DNA from: Candidatus Thorarchaeota archaeon
GTDB taxonomy: Archaea; Asgardarchaeota; Thorarchaeia; Thorarchaeales; Thorarchaeaceae
Assembly: GCA_021498125.1 (NCBI GenBank)
Contig: JAIZWL010000001.1
Span: 773,434-837,433 of the forward strand
Reading direction: 5' to 3'
DNA length: 64,000 bases
The position numbers and the translations under genes were made by a program. Positions 47,535 to 57,914 of the stretch are shown in pieces. How positions within the stretch are numbered: position 1 is the first letter of the stretch; each line of letters begins with the position of its first letter. The notes beneath the pieces are model-generated. The model was not told the DNA's origin, made no database searches, and was given only the letters and a program-made list of their open reading frames with translations.

Positions 47535-48653
47535 GTGTTGGAAAAAATGTTAGATGCTGCAGTCTACAAGACCAGGATCGAGCGTGTTCGTGAGGCACTC
47601 CGCCAAAATGGTACGCCCTTTGCGTTGGTGACCCCCTCACCTAATTTTGAATATCTTACTGGGATCCACTATGAGATGCGCGAGCGGCTCATTGCTCTTG
47701 TTCTATCTCAAGACAACGATCCCTTCATTGTTGCACCTTCATTTGAGGTTTCGAATCTCTCTCGCATGACGTGGATCAAGGATTTTGTGCCTTGGGCCGA
47801 GGACGAAAATCCCTATGACCTCATTGCTGGTCAGATACGTGATCTCCACGCGCAGGCGGTCGCTCTGGATGAGACCCTGCCCATTGGGATCTTCTGGTCT
47901 CTACGCACAAGTATCGATGATCTTCAGACGACTGTTTCTCTCGCACCGCTCTTTCGTGAGATGCGCCTGCACAAGAGCGACGCCGAACTTGATCTAATGC
48001 GTAAGGCTGGTCATATCATTGACGCAGCCGTTATGAAGGCATTTGCAGAAGCACATGTTGGAGTGACGGAGATAGAGCTCCGTCGAGTCATTCACGAAGA
48101 GATCACTCGATTAGGAGGTGTCCCCACTTTTGCGGCCGTCCAGTTCGGTGACAATAGTGCGCTTCCGCATGCTGAGCCAAGCTTCCGTAAGCTCAAATCG
48201 GGCGACATAGTTCTAATGGACTGTGGTTGTAGTGTTGATGGATATAATACTGACATGACCCGTGTAGGTGTAGTTGGAGAACCCTCTGACGAGCAAAAGA
48301 AGATCTACTCGATCGTTCTCAAGGCTCAGGAGACCGCTATTGACAAGCTCGCTCCCGGAGTGACCTGCGGGTCAGCAGACGGATTTGCGCGTAGAGTGAT
48401 TGAGGAAGAGAACTATGGTGAGTTCTTTACCCATCGTCTTGGTCATGGTATAGGACTTGAGGTGCATGAGCCTCCATTCATCGTACGAGGCAATTCTATG
48501 GCGCTTGAGCCCGGTATGACTCATAGTGTTGAGCCCGGAATCTACTTGGAGAGCAAATTCGGTATCCGGATGGAGGACTTAGTGGCCATTCAAGAGGACG
48601 GTTGTGAAGTCATCACGTATGCTCCGAAAGAACTCTATATCATTGAGGACTGA
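47535..48653 (+). CDS. pepQ: M24-family Xaa-Pro aminopeptidase/dipeptidase (prolidase)
   Basis: 'HRLGHGIGLEVHEPP', 'D.GC..DGY..D.TR' and a pita-bread metal-ligand pattern. Confidence 0.85.
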   Translation: MLEKMLDAAVYKTRIERVREALRQNGTPFALVTPSPNFEYLTGIHYEMRERLIALVLSQDNDPFIVAPSFEVSNLSRMTWIKDFVPWAEDENPYDLIAGQIRDLHAQAVALDETLPIGIFWSLRTSIDDLQTTVSLAPLFREMRLHKSDAELDLMRKAGHIIDAAVMKAFAEAHVGVTEIELRRVIHEEITRLGGVPTFAAVQFGDNSALPHAEPSFRKLKSGDIVLMDCGCSVDGYNTDMTRVGVVGEPSDEQKKIYSIVLKAQETAIDKLAPGVTCGSADGFARRVIEEENYGEFFTHRLGHGIGLEVHEPPFIVRGNSMALEPGMTHSVEPGIYLESKFGIRMEDLVAIQEDGCEVITYAPKELYIIED

Positions 48654-49274
48654 TCACTCCGACTTGGACTCATCCGTATCCTCTTGTGTCTTCTTTGACA
48701 TAATCTCTTCCAGTTTCTTCCGGTCCTCTTCGGACAGGTCCTTTAGCGATTCGGCGGATTGGCGTAACATGTACCCCATGATGATCCCATATAGTGATGG
48801 AAGAGCAGCAATGGTCTCTGCGCGCTCACGGAATTCCTGCTCGGCAAGATCACGTGCTTCCTTGAGTGCCTCCTTTGTGACCTCTCCTTGGCCAATTCCC
48901 GGGCATCGCTGGTCGGTCACGATGAACTTTGAACCGGTGTACTCAAGTGGAAATGTTCTGCATGAAATCGGTCTGCTGAATCTGATCGTGCATGCATTCG
49001 ATTCTTCATGAAAGAAGATACAGGCATCGCCTTCAACCTGTTCGTCATCAGTCTTTCCCTTGAGAGGTTTGCGAAGGGTCTCTATTGCAAATTGTCCGGT
49101 CTCAGACTTGGGGATGGTGATGGTCAGTCCTGGCAAGATTGTATCAATATATCCCTGCGTCATCCATCTTGCAAGATCCCCTATTGTTACGTTGACATGT
49201 GGTCTCTTGCAACATACTCTGTCCGTACAGTTCTGCTCTAGACATTTGAAGCTGTATTTTTTCTTTTCAGACAT
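48654..49274 (-). CDS. YkgJ/UPF0153-family cysteine-cluster (putative Zn/Fe-chelating) protein
   Basis: 'CLEQNCTDRVCCKRP' and 'CIFFHEESNACTIRFSRPISCRTFPL' match the CxxCxxCC-type domain. Confidence 0.6.
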   Translation of the reverse strand: MSEKKKYSFKCLEQNCTDRVCCKRPHVNVTIGDLARWMTQGYIDTILPGLTITIPKSETGQFAIETLRKPLKGKTDDEQVEGDACIFFHEESNACTIRFSRPISCRTFPLEYTGSKFIVTDQRCPGIGQGEVTKEALKEARDLAEQEFRERAETIAALPSLYGIIMGYMLRQSAESLKDLSEEDRKKLEEIMSKKTQEDTDESKSE

Positions 49275-49399
49275 GACGAACCACCTCTTAGTCTAATGCT
49301 CAGTCAATCTCACTTTTTTGTAAAGCAAACTTAAGTGTAGTGAAGTTGCCACGGAAATTCTTATGAAATTTTTACTGTTCCTACGAATCTCGGAATACG

Positions 49400-49448
49400 A
49401 TTGAATGGCGAATAAAATAACGTTTATTGAATCAAATTGATATTGAAT
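49400..49448 (+). promoter_or_regulatory. Three copies of ATTGAAT (plus one ATTGAT) in the 269-bp leader of the P-type ATPase gene, upstream of a TATA-like 'GGTATAATT'
   Basis: ATTGAAT at 49400-49406, 49426-49432 and 49442-49448. TATA-like element at about 49459. Confidence 0.35.
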
Positions 49449-49543
49449 AAGCCGAAAGGTATAATTCAGTATGATTGTGAAATTTTGTTTGCTCGACCTG
49501 ACACAAATGCCATAATTGGCTACGTAATGCCGGAGTCCACAAA

Positions 49544-52357
49544 ATGAGTGAAACGGATTGGTATAGCAACGACATCGAGTCTATCTTAAAAAAACTTGGA
49601 ACAAGTCGTGAGGGACTTACGGACAAAGAGGCGCAGGACCGAATTGAGAAATATGGCTTCAATGAGATCGTGGAGACCGACAAAAAGGGTCCATTTCGGA
49701 TGTTCTTGGAGCAATTCACAGATCCTATGGTCATTATACTATTGATTGCCATCTTGATTTCAGTTATCACTGCCTATCTTCCCGGTTCGCACGAAGAGGG
49801 TGGCCTTATCGATGCAATGGTCATCTCTGCAATTGTCATCTTTAATGCCATTTTCGGTTTTGTTCAAGAATATCGTTCAGAGCAGGCGTTGGAGGCTCTA
49901 AAATCAATGGCTGCGCCCCGTGCACGAGTACGGCGAGGTGGCCTTTGGAAAGAGATCGATTCAAGATACGTTGTTCCTGGTGATATCATCTCACTTGAGG
50001 CTGGAAATAAAGTTCCAGCAGATGCGCGTGTCATCTATGCTGTTGGTCTCTCAACAGATGAGTCTGCACTCACAGGCGAATCGGTTTCCGTTCGGAAGAT
50101 TGAGGACACGATCGCGTTAGATGCTCCAGTCGTTGGGGATATGCGAAATATGGTCTTTCAAGGTACGACTATTGTATCCGGAAAAGGGCAGGCAGTTGTT
50201 ACCAGTACTGGAATGGACACGTACTTTGGAAAGATCGCCGGATTGGTTCAGGAGAGCGAGAAAGAAGATACCCCTCTCCAACAGGATCTCGGAGACCTCG
50301 GGCTAAAACTCGGACTGGTCGTTATTGCACTATGTGTCATTGTCTTTGGTGCAGAGATCCTTCGTGATGTTTCTGATAGTATCTTAGACGAATTGCTGGC
50401 TGCGATTGCTCTTGCCGTGTCTGCGATTCCTGAGGGTCTCCCCGCTGTTGTCACCATTACTCTGGCTTTAGGCATGAAACAGATGGTCCAGCATAATGCA
50501 ATAGTACGAAGATTGCCCTCTGTAGAGACGCTTGGTTCGATCACAGTCATTTGTTCCGACAAGACCGGCACTATTACGAAATCCGAGATGACCGTGAAAC
50601 GGCTCTTTGTGAATGGCGAGATCATAGAGGTCACAGGTGTCGGTTACAATCGAGATGGACAGTTTCTCAAAGATGGTACCGAGGTCGAAGTCCATACCGA
50701 TCCCCATGTGGTCCGTATGTTCGAGATCGGGCAGCTCTGTACAAACTCCACCTTACAACCTGATCCGAGTGGTAATGCTGACTGGGATATTGTGGGTGAT
50801 CCCACAGAGGGTGCGCTGCTTGTAGTTGCTGAGAAGGCTGGCATAGTCCATAGTAATACCCTCTCCAGATACAAGGAGGTCTCAGAGATCTCATTTGATT
50901 CCGCACGAAAGCGGATGACCTCTATCTGTGAGGACGATGCTGGTGTGCTTAATGCCTTCATGAAGGGTGCACCGGAGGTCCTTCTTCCTCTGTGTTCAAA
51001 GATATTCGAAGGCGGCAGTGTTCGTCCTATCACTGATGATGATCGTCAGCGGATCTTGCGAGTGAACGCGGAATTTGCAGCCGATGCTCTCAGGGTTCTC
51101 GCCTTTGCATATCGTTCTATTGATGAGGTCCGCTCAGAGTGGGAGCCAGAACATGTTGAGAAAGAGATGATCTTTGTTGGTCTCATGGGGATGATGGACC
51201 CACCACGTGAAGAAGTACAGGATGCCATTGATCTCTGTAAGGCTGCTGGAATCCGCCCCATCATGATCACTGGTGACCATGAGCTAACCGCTCGGGCCGT
51301 TGCTATTCAGGTTGGTCTGATGAAACCTGACGGTCTCGTATACACAGGTTCTGCTCTTGACAAGATGAGTGATGCTGAATTCTTTGAAGCTGTTCAGGAA
51401 TGTGATGTCTATGCCCGCGTGGCACCGGAGCACAAGATGAAGATCGTCGGTGCTTTAAAAGACGCCGATCAGGTCGTTGCAATGACCGGTGACGGAGTGA
51501 ATGATGCTCCTGCTGTCAAGGCTGCCGATGTCGGTGTGGCTATGGGCATTCGAGGGGCGGATGTCACTAAAGAGGCATCTGATGTCATTCTCACCGATGA
51601 TAACTTTGCAACTATTGTCACTGCCATAGAGAAGGGTCGAGAGATCTATTCCAACATCCGCAAATTTGTCCGGTTCCTTCTTGCGGCAAACTTCGATGAG
51701 ATCTTTCTCATTTTCACGATTATCATGCTGGGGCTTCCACTACCAATCACCCCGATCCAGATCCTCTGGTTGAATCTTGCAACAGATGGTTTTCCCGCTT
51801 TAGCACTGGGGGTCGATCCTCCAGAGCCGGGAGTCATGAAGCGCAGTCCGCGAAAACCCGGTTCAAAGATGATGAATCGTGGGATGGCCTCATTCGTTCT
51901 AGTTGCTGGATTCTTGGCCTTTCTGGCCTCTAGCTTCATATTTCTCTCCGACCTGACCCTCTACGGTGGTTGGATTCCGGGAGTGACCGGTCCTCCAGTT
52001 GACTGGACCATTGATCCCTGGGCAAGTGTTCTTCGGCACTCACGAACGACGGTCTTTGCTTCAGTCGTGACCTTTGAGCTGATCTTTGTCTGGAATTGTC
52101 GTGATGAATACAGATGGGTCTGGGAGACTCATATCCGCCAGTCAAAGGCTCTTCTCATTGCTGTAGCGGTCTCAGTGATCCTCACACTCGCAACGATCTA
52201 TGTTCCATTTATGCAACCGTTGTTCCAGACGGTCCCGCTAAACGCTGAAGACTGGGCGGTCATCATCCTGACCAGTATACCTGCCCTGCTGATTCCACCA
52301 CATCTGATCTTCCGTCACAAAGAGGAACATGAGAAGATACGTTCAGGAGAATTATGA
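49544..52357 (+). CDS. P-type cation-transporting ATPase, type IIA (Ca2+-ATPase-like)
   Basis: 'PEGLPAVVTITLA', 'CSDKTGTITK', 'TGDHELTA', 'MTGDGVNDAPA', about 10 TM helices. Confidence 0.95.
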   Translation: MSETDWYSNDIESILKKLGTSREGLTDKEAQDRIEKYGFNEIVETDKKGPFRMFLEQFTDPMVIILLIAILISVITAYLPGSHEEGGLIDAMVISAIVIFNAIFGFVQEYRSEQALEALKSMAAPRARVRRGGLWKEIDSRYVVPGDIISLEAGNKVPADARVIYAVGLSTDESALTGESVSVRKIEDTIALDAPVVGDMRNMVFQGTTIVSGKGQAVVTSTGMDTYFGKIAGLVQESEKEDTPLQQDLGDLGLKLGLVVIALCVIVFGAEILRDVSDSILDELLAAIALAVSAIPEGLPAVVTITLALGMKQMVQHNAIVRRLPSVETLGSITVICSDKTGTITKSEMTVKRLFVNGEIIEVTGVGYNRDGQFLKDGTEVEVHTDPHVVRMFEIGQLCTNSTLQPDPSGNADWDIVGDPTEGALLVVAEKAGIVHSNTLSRYKEVSEISFDSARKRMTSICEDDAGVLNAFMKGAPEVLLPLCSKIFEGGSVRPITDDDRQRILRVNAEFAADALRVLAFAYRSIDEVRSEWEPEHVEKEMIFVGLMGMMDPPREEVQDAIDLCKAAGIRPIMITGDHELTARAVAIQVGLMKPDGLVYTGSALDKMSDAEFFEAVQECDVYARVAPEHKMKIVGALKDADQVVAMTGDGVNDAPAVKAADVGVAMGIRGADVTKEASDVILTDDNFATIVTAIEKGREIYSNIRKFVRFLLAANFDEIFLIFTIIMLGLPLPITPIQILWLNLATDGFPALALGVDPPEPGVMKRSPRKPGSKMMNRGMASFVLVAGFLAFLASSFIFLSDLTLYGGWIPGVTGPPVDWTIDPWASVLRHSRTTVFASVVTFELIFVWNCRDEYRWVWETHIRQSKALLIAVAVSVILTLATIYVPFMQPLFQTVPLNAEDWAVIILTSIPALLIPPHLIFRHKEEHEKIRSGEL

Positions 52358-53203
52358 GACGAGTCGCTTGTCGAGCCAGTTGTACATATCGGCAAGCACC
52401 CTCTCTTTCTCCGGTTCTCTAAATATCTCGTGATAGAGTCCCTCGTAGAGGATCCATTCCTTGTCTTCAGATCCCAACCTGTCAAAAAAATCGCGTGTCT
52501 TTTCAGGAATGACCAATTTGTCATCTCCTGCCTGTTGTACCAGCGCAGGCAATTTGATCAACGGGGCCGCATTGAAGGCCTCTTTGACAGCTCTGAGACC
52601 GCTAATACCAAAGCGTGGAGTGACCGAGTCCCACGTCAATGGATCCTCTTCGTGCTCACGGACGACCTCGGGATTTCGACTTGAAAGGGTCAGGTCATTG
52701 TCATCTGAGAACTGTTTCTTCACGTTAAGCAGCGAGAGAAACCAAGCTCCAATTTTCTTAAGCGGTGAGATCGGTAGTTGCTGGCTCACTGCGGGACATG
52801 CTATGATCAGGCCATCGACCTCATGGGGATACGTTGCCGCATAGCGAATGATGTGTTGGCCCCCGAGTGAGTGACCATAGAGGAATGTCAATTTGTTGTG
52901 AAACCTATCTTTCACCTGCATGACAATGTTCTGAAGATCCTCAATGTATTCGTTAAAGTTCATTACGTGACCCTTGATTCCCGTATAGTGGCCAAATCCT
53001 CTCATGTCCGGCGCAAAGACGGCAATTCCTTTCTCGGCCATGTATTCACCGATCGTGCGAAGACTGAGGCCATGCGAACCGAGACCATGGATTGCTATCA
53101 GGAGTGCCCGAGGTCTCTCATCATCGGGTAACCATGCCGCCATGTACATCCTCAGTCCGTCATACCCCAGATAATGGGTTTCTTCAAAAATCATGGTTAC
53201 CAC
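52352..53203 (-). CDS. Alpha/beta hydrolase (lysophospholipase/monoacylglycerol lipase-like)
   Basis: 'GHSLGG' nucleophile elbow, 'AIHGLGSHG' oxyanion region. Confidence 0.75.
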   Translation of the reverse strand: MVTMIFEETHYLGYDGLRMYMAAWLPDDERPRALLIAIHGLGSHGLSLRTIGEYMAEKGIAVFAPDMRGFGHYTGIKGHVMNFNEYIEDLQNIVMQVKDRFHNKLTFLYGHSLGGQHIIRYAATYPHEVDGLIIACPAVSQQLPISPLKKIGAWFLSLLNVKKQFSDDNDLTLSSRNPEVVREHEEDPLTWDSVTPRFGISGLRAVKEAFNAAPLIKLPALVQQAGDDKLVIPEKTRDFFDRLGSEDKEWILYEGLYHEIFREPEKERVLADMYNWLDKRLVS

Positions 53204-53319
53204 CTTATTTTCTCTCTCTTGGATTATCTGACTCGTGTGCTAAATCTCTTACTACTTTGTAGTGCTGATGCTACACAAAAGAAAAAGGTGGAGACCCATT
53301 GCGAGTCTCCAGAAGTCAA

Positions 53320-54201
53320 TTAGAATCGAAGTGGAACTGGTTTCTCTCCGGAATAGTCGTAGAATCCCTTACCCGTCTTTCTACCAAGCCATCCGGCTCT
53401 TACCATCTTTCTCAATAAAGCTGGTGCACGATACTTGCTATCCTTGAACTCGTCAACGAAATAGTCCGCGATGTACAGTAGTGTATCAAGACCCACAAAG
53501 TCCGCCAGTGTGAGCGGCCCCATTGGCCAGTTCAGACCAAGCTTGATGGCAAGATCCATGTCCTCTACTGTCGCAACGCCTTCCTGAATGGCTAAGACAG
53601 CCTCGTTGATCGCAGGAATGAGAATTCGATTGACTGCGAAGCCCGGCGCCTCATTGACGATCACGGTCTTCTTTCCTACTTTTTCGGAGACCGTTCGAAT
53701 GACATCCACAGTGCTGTCAGCCGTCGCAGCACCCTTGATGATCTCAACAAGCCCCATTACAGGTACTGGGTTGAAAAAGTGCATACCAATGAACTTCTCT
53801 GGTTTCTTTGTAACAGCTGCCATCTGCGTGATACTGATGCTTGAGGTATTGGAGGCAAGTATTGCATTCTCCGGTGCGTACTCGTCAACCTCTCTCCATG
53901 TATCAAGTTTGAGCTTGACGACCTCCGGAATCGCCTCAATCACAAGGTCCGCATCTTCTACAGCCTCTTTGAGATCGATGACTCCTTTGATGCGTCCGAC
54001 TATTGCATCCGCCTCTTCCTGTGTCATCTTTCCCTTTTTGACGCCACGGCCGAGGTTTTTCTTGATGGTCTCAAATCCTCTGTCAAGGAATCTCTGTTCA
54101 ATGTCTCTCATCTTGACCTCGTAGCCAGCCTGAGCGCAGACATGTGCGATGCCATTACCCATCTGACCTGCACCAAGAACTGTGATCTTTTTAATTTCCA
54201 C
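53320..54201 (-). CDS. hbd: 3-hydroxyacyl-CoA / 3-hydroxybutyryl-CoA dehydrogenase
   Basis: 'ITVLGAGQMGNGIAHVCAQAGYEV' NAD-binding motif and the 3HCDH C-terminal domain. Confidence 0.85.
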   Translation of the reverse strand: MEIKKITVLGAGQMGNGIAHVCAQAGYEVKMRDIEQRFLDRGFETIKKNLGRGVKKGKMTQEEADAIVGRIKGVIDLKEAVEDADLVIEAIPEVVKLKLDTWREVDEYAPENAILASNTSSISITQMAAVTKKPEKFIGMHFFNPVPVMGLVEIIKGAATADSTVDVIRTVSEKVGKKTVIVNEAPGFAVNRILIPAINEAVLAIQEGVATVEDMDLAIKLGLNWPMGPLTLADFVGLDTLLYIADYFVDEFKDSKYRAPALLRKMVRAGWLGRKTGKGFYDYSGEKPVPLRF

Positions 54202-54507
54202 TTGGAATGTTCCTCCATTTGCATTGAAGACTGTTGTAGGTGTTGTTCTCCCCCGTAAAAACTCTACTCCTTCCTGACTTTTATCTATACACGAACAATT
54301 TTCGGTTTAATATATACACCGCGTATATGATTAGAGTTTATTAACCAAATTCTATAGACCGTATTAGTTTGTCAGGCAAACCTATATATGCGTATGTGTG
54401 CACGAGACACAACGGATACCAAAGTATGGTGCATGGTCATGGAGTGACCACACTCCTGACCACTAATGACCAGCAGGGCGATATCCGGTGACCAAAAGAT
54501 GTAAGGC

Positions 54508-55956
54508 ATGATGATCCTCATGAGTTATGTTGCAAGTTTTTTTGGACTGGACGAGGCGAATGATCGAATACTGAGCTTGGCCCGGAAGTTTGCCGTACTG
54601 CTCCCTCTGGTCGCAGCCACAATTCAGTTATCGACTACGTTTTTTATGATCTTCATAGCTGAAGCAGTTGGTCAAGGCTCCTACATTGAGGGAATGCGTA
54701 CTATTGGTCTTCTTATTGTGATCATGTTTATTGTCCAAGTGTCTTTGGATTATCCCACTGGTGCGATAGGGGACTGGATTGGACAGAGGTATATTCTCGC
54801 AACTGCGTTCCTCTGCTTTGCGTTTGCCTTCTATCTTGTATCACTTGTGACCAGTCATACTCCCTTTCTTCTGCTGGTTTCGATTTACGTTGCTATGGGC
54901 GTCGGGCAATCACAGATGAGTGGGGCATTCCAAGCATGGTTTGATAACAATTACAGAGTGGCCATGCCCGGCGACTCGGAACGTAAACAGTACGGTGTTT
55001 TCTTCGGTAAGGTGATGATGCTCTTTCAGATTGTTGCCACTCTTGCACTTATTCCCGGGAGTATTCTTGCAGCCGTCTTTGGGCGTCCTTGGGTCTTTCA
55101 AATCCAAGCGATTCTCTGCGTAGTGATTGCAATAGTCGTCATGCAGACAGTCAAGGATTTTCCTGAAGTGCAGGAGGCACGGCAAGAGCGTCCCTCATTT
55201 GGAGAGTACAAGAGTCTTCTCACTGATGGTATCAAATTCCTCTTTTCAAGCTCATTTGTCCTGTTGTTTATTTTTGGTACTACTCTGACGATGAGTGTAG
55301 GAATTGTCTGGTCTGAACTGCTCTTGTTTCCCATGTACTATTCATACCTGCTCACCGATGTTGCAGTCGCAGCATTTCGGACCGTGCTTTTTGTTCCGGG
55401 TGTCTTTCAGGCTGAACGTTCAGGAGTATGGTCTCGTAGATTCGAGCCAAAGAAATGGATCCCTCGATTCCGCCTATTACAGGGATCAGGTTTTCTATTC
55501 TATAGTACGTTTGCAGTGATCATGTTGTTTCTTCCTCCAGTGGCCTCGGGAACGATGATCTCTCTAACTTTACCTCTTACCAATATCACTCTCCTTCAAT
55601 TGCCCGAGGCCTCTATGTTTCCAGTGATACTCATTGCTACGATCTTTACTGTGAGTGGTATTTTTGGAGGCTTTTCGGAAATTCTGTCACAGCGAATCAT
55701 GTTAGATGTGGTCCCAAATCGTATTCGTAACAGCATATATTCTCTCACTCCCACGATTGCCACAATCATGGCCATCCCCCAAATTGCGCTCTTTGGTTGG
55801 CTGATTCCCGTGGCAGGATTTCCTTTGACCATGGCGCTTTGTGGTCTGATCTCACTGATTGGTGTAGTGATGATCTATTCTGGTCTGAGACATCCAGTGC
55901 CTACAGTCGCACAGCAGGAACAGCCATTGGTCATACCCGAGGCCCCGCTCGAATGA
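54508..55956 (+). CDS. MFS-like transporter
   Basis: Polytopic, with the MFS signature loop 'DYPTGAIGDWIGQRY'. Confidence 0.6.
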   Translation: MMILMSYVASFFGLDEANDRILSLARKFAVLLPLVAATIQLSTTFFMIFIAEAVGQGSYIEGMRTIGLLIVIMFIVQVSLDYPTGAIGDWIGQRYILATAFLCFAFAFYLVSLVTSHTPFLLLVSIYVAMGVGQSQMSGAFQAWFDNNYRVAMPGDSERKQYGVFFGKVMMLFQIVATLALIPGSILAAVFGRPWVFQIQAILCVVIAIVVMQTVKDFPEVQEARQERPSFGEYKSLLTDGIKFLFSSSFVLLFIFGTTLTMSVGIVWSELLLFPMYYSYLLTDVAVAAFRTVLFVPGVFQAERSGVWSRRFEPKKWIPRFRLLQGSGFLFYSTFAVIMLFLPPVASGTMISLTLPLTNITLLQLPEASMFPVILIATIFTVSGIFGGFSEILSQRIMLDVVPNRIRNSIYSLTPTIATIMAIPQIALFGWLIPVAGFPLTMALCGLISLIGVVMIYSGLRHPVPTVAQQEQPLVIPEAPLE

Positions 55957-56021
55957 TTCATCTTGGGGCCTCTTCCCTTCTGCAATAAGGTTAAGAGGAT
56001 AGAATGTAGCATGTTTTACTG

Positions 56022-56873
56022 GTGCTAATAATGTCAGAGAGACCGACTTTCCTTTCTGTACAATACTCCGGTTCAGGACTTACCACTATGAGTTATGAGC
56101 GGAAGATGGTCCGAGAGGAAGATGTCAAATTTGATGGTGAGGATGGAATCCTCGAACTGACAGACGTCAGACTTGTCTGGTACAAGAAACCCAAAAAGAG
56201 CCGGTTTGGCGGCCTCAAAAAGATCGGTGCTGTCGCTGGTGCTCTTGCGGGGGCAGCTATCCTCGAGGGCGTTGGCGGACAAATTGGTGGTATTGGTGGT
56301 CGTGCACTTCGAGGTGTTGGCCGAGGCCTGGCCTACGGTGCGGTCAGTGCAGCCGTCTATTCTTGGACCGCTGACAATTTTTACAATCGCGGGCCGAATG
56401 GTGAAACTGAGAGTCTTGCTATCCCCCTGATCGCTGTGGCAAATGCACAGCAGAGTGGCAAAGAATTGATCATTGATCTTAAATCGGGTGGAAACCTTCG
56501 TTTTGAATTCAAGCAGTCGAAGGTGATCCCCTCTGTCACAGCAAATATTTCTCAGGCACAGAACGAAGGCAAATGTCCGTACTGTGGCCATGCCGCAGGA
56601 AATGCGGCGACCTGTCCCAATTGTGGTGCCTCCATTAATCCTGGTGGTGGTGGCGGCGGACGTGCAACAGGAGCTCCCGCAGGTTCCCCTGGCGATTCTG
56701 TACACATCAGTGTACATGAGGAGGGTGGCGTGCGTCGCGCGACTGTGACGAGTGGTGACGGGACTTATCATGTGGACGTTCATGAAGGTGGCGGTGGCGG
56801 ATACTGCCCCAACTGTGGCAGTCCAGTTCCTGCTGGCGCCAAGTTCTGCAACAACTGTGGTCAACGGCTCTAG
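56022..56873 (+). CDS. Hypothetical protein: PH/GRAM-like N-terminal domain interrupted by a glycine-zipper segment, plus two C-terminal zinc ribbons
   Basis: 'ILELTDVRLVWYKK' ... 'ELIIDLKSGGNLRFEFKQ' are bPH-like strands. 'GAVAGALAGAAILEGVGGQIGGIGG' is a Gly-zipper. 'CPYCGH...CPNCG' and 'CPNCGS...CNNCG' are zinc ribbons. Confidence 0.5.
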   Translation: MLIMSERPTFLSVQYSGSGLTTMSYERKMVREEDVKFDGEDGILELTDVRLVWYKKPKKSRFGGLKKIGAVAGALAGAAILEGVGGQIGGIGGRALRGVGRGLAYGAVSAAVYSWTADNFYNRGPNGETESLAIPLIAVANAQQSGKELIIDLKSGGNLRFEFKQSKVIPSVTANISQAQNEGKCPYCGHAAGNAATCPNCGASINPGGGGGGRATGAPAGSPGDSVHISVHEEGGVRRATVTSGDGTYHVDVHEGGGGGYCPNCGSPVPAGAKFCNNCGQRL

Positions 56874-56936
56874 TAGACACGATTTATCAGAGACGAAGGG
56901 ACATGTTCCCTTCTCTCTTGTTTAATTCTTTTAGTA

Positions 56937-57692
56937 TTATTTAAACAAGTTCTCTTGTTGTGACATTGCAATATTGGCCGCTCTCTCATCGCCTTCTTCA
57001 AACTGATATCCTCTGATTATGACGATCGGGTGGCCTTCCTTTGCCTGACCCATAACTGGTTCGGCAGCGGCTGCAAGTTCATCGATCTGGCAGACTGTTG
57101 ATCGATGGAGTTCATGTCCATAGGTGTCTCTTTTTCCTCGATTATACCGGAACGCATTGATCCCAGCGCATCCTATTGCCACATTGATGCTACCCTTCCG
57201 CCAAGGTCTGCCCTGAGTGTCTGTGATGATGACCGCTACTTCTACACCCGTTGCCTCTCTGATTTTCTCACGTATCGCCTCTGCACTCCTATCCGGGTCC
57301 TCGGGAAGAAGAACGTACGAATCAGTTGGCGCGTTTGATTGATCCACACCTGCAAAATTACAGACGAATCCAAGAGTCGACTCAGTGACCAGTACTTTTG
57401 ATCTTCTTAGGACCGTCTTGCTCTCTCTAAGTGCGAGCTCGACTTGGATTGGGTCGAACTCGTTCTCGTCTGCGATTCTCTGGGCCTCTGAAGATACTCG
57501 GACCGTGTCGCTATGGACTACTCGTCCTTCGGCCTTAGAAATAATGGTATGGGCTATTAGTATGACATCTTTGCGGTAGAGGGTCTGCTGTTCTCTTCTG
57601 AGCGCTTGCAGGATGATCTCTGCAATATCTTGTTTCTCAGTAATGATGGGTATCTTGTCCAATGCAATTATTTTTACTTCGCCTGATGTCAT
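56937..57692 (-). CDS. cofE: Coenzyme F420-0:L-glutamate ligase (CofE family)
   Basis: 'IISKAEGRVV', 'NFAGVDQSNAP', 'AVIITDTQGRPWRKGSINVAIGCAG' are CofE signatures. Met at 57692 gives about 250 aa (the ORF extends to 57791). Confidence 0.75.
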   Translation of the reverse strand: MTSGEVKIIALDKIPIITEKQDIAEIILQALRREQQTLYRKDVILIAHTIISKAEGRVVHSDTVRVSSEAQRIADENEFDPIQVELALRESKTVLRRSKVLVTESTLGFVCNFAGVDQSNAPTDSYVLLPEDPDRSAEAIREKIREATGVEVAVIITDTQGRPWRKGSINVAIGCAGINAFRYNRGKRDTYGHELHRSTVCQIDELAAAAEPVMGQAKEGHPIVIIRGYQFEEGDERAANIAMSQQENLFK

Positions 57693-57914
57693 TTGGTCCT
57701 CTCTTAACACCTTCCCTATTGAAGACTTCCTCCATGTGTTTTTTTGAAATTTCCATGCAGGTCGCCTCTCAGAGGCCAAAACAGCCCCCACGGGAAAACA
57801 ATAAATGCAAAGCGCGTGAGTGTCATTTACATCTTATTGTATTGCGAATGGGGAAATCATGGACGCTGGCCGTTCTAATGTGACCCACAGGCAAACGTTA
57901 TGCAGGTGAAATAA

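Noticed and set aside
47191-47640. 149-aa minus ORF across the MFS/prolidase intergenic region
   Set aside because: Overlaps the MFS start and the prolidase start. No support.
53588-54124. 178-aa ORF antisense to hbd
   Set aside because: Fully contained in the Hbd gene. Hbd carries clear Rossmann and 3HCDH motifs and the antisense ORF has none.
56073-56864. 263-aa ORF antisense to the PH/zinc-ribbon gene
   Set aside because: Entirely embedded opposite a better-supported ORF. Gly-rich codons read in reverse give Pro/Thr-rich nonsense. Classic shadow ORF.
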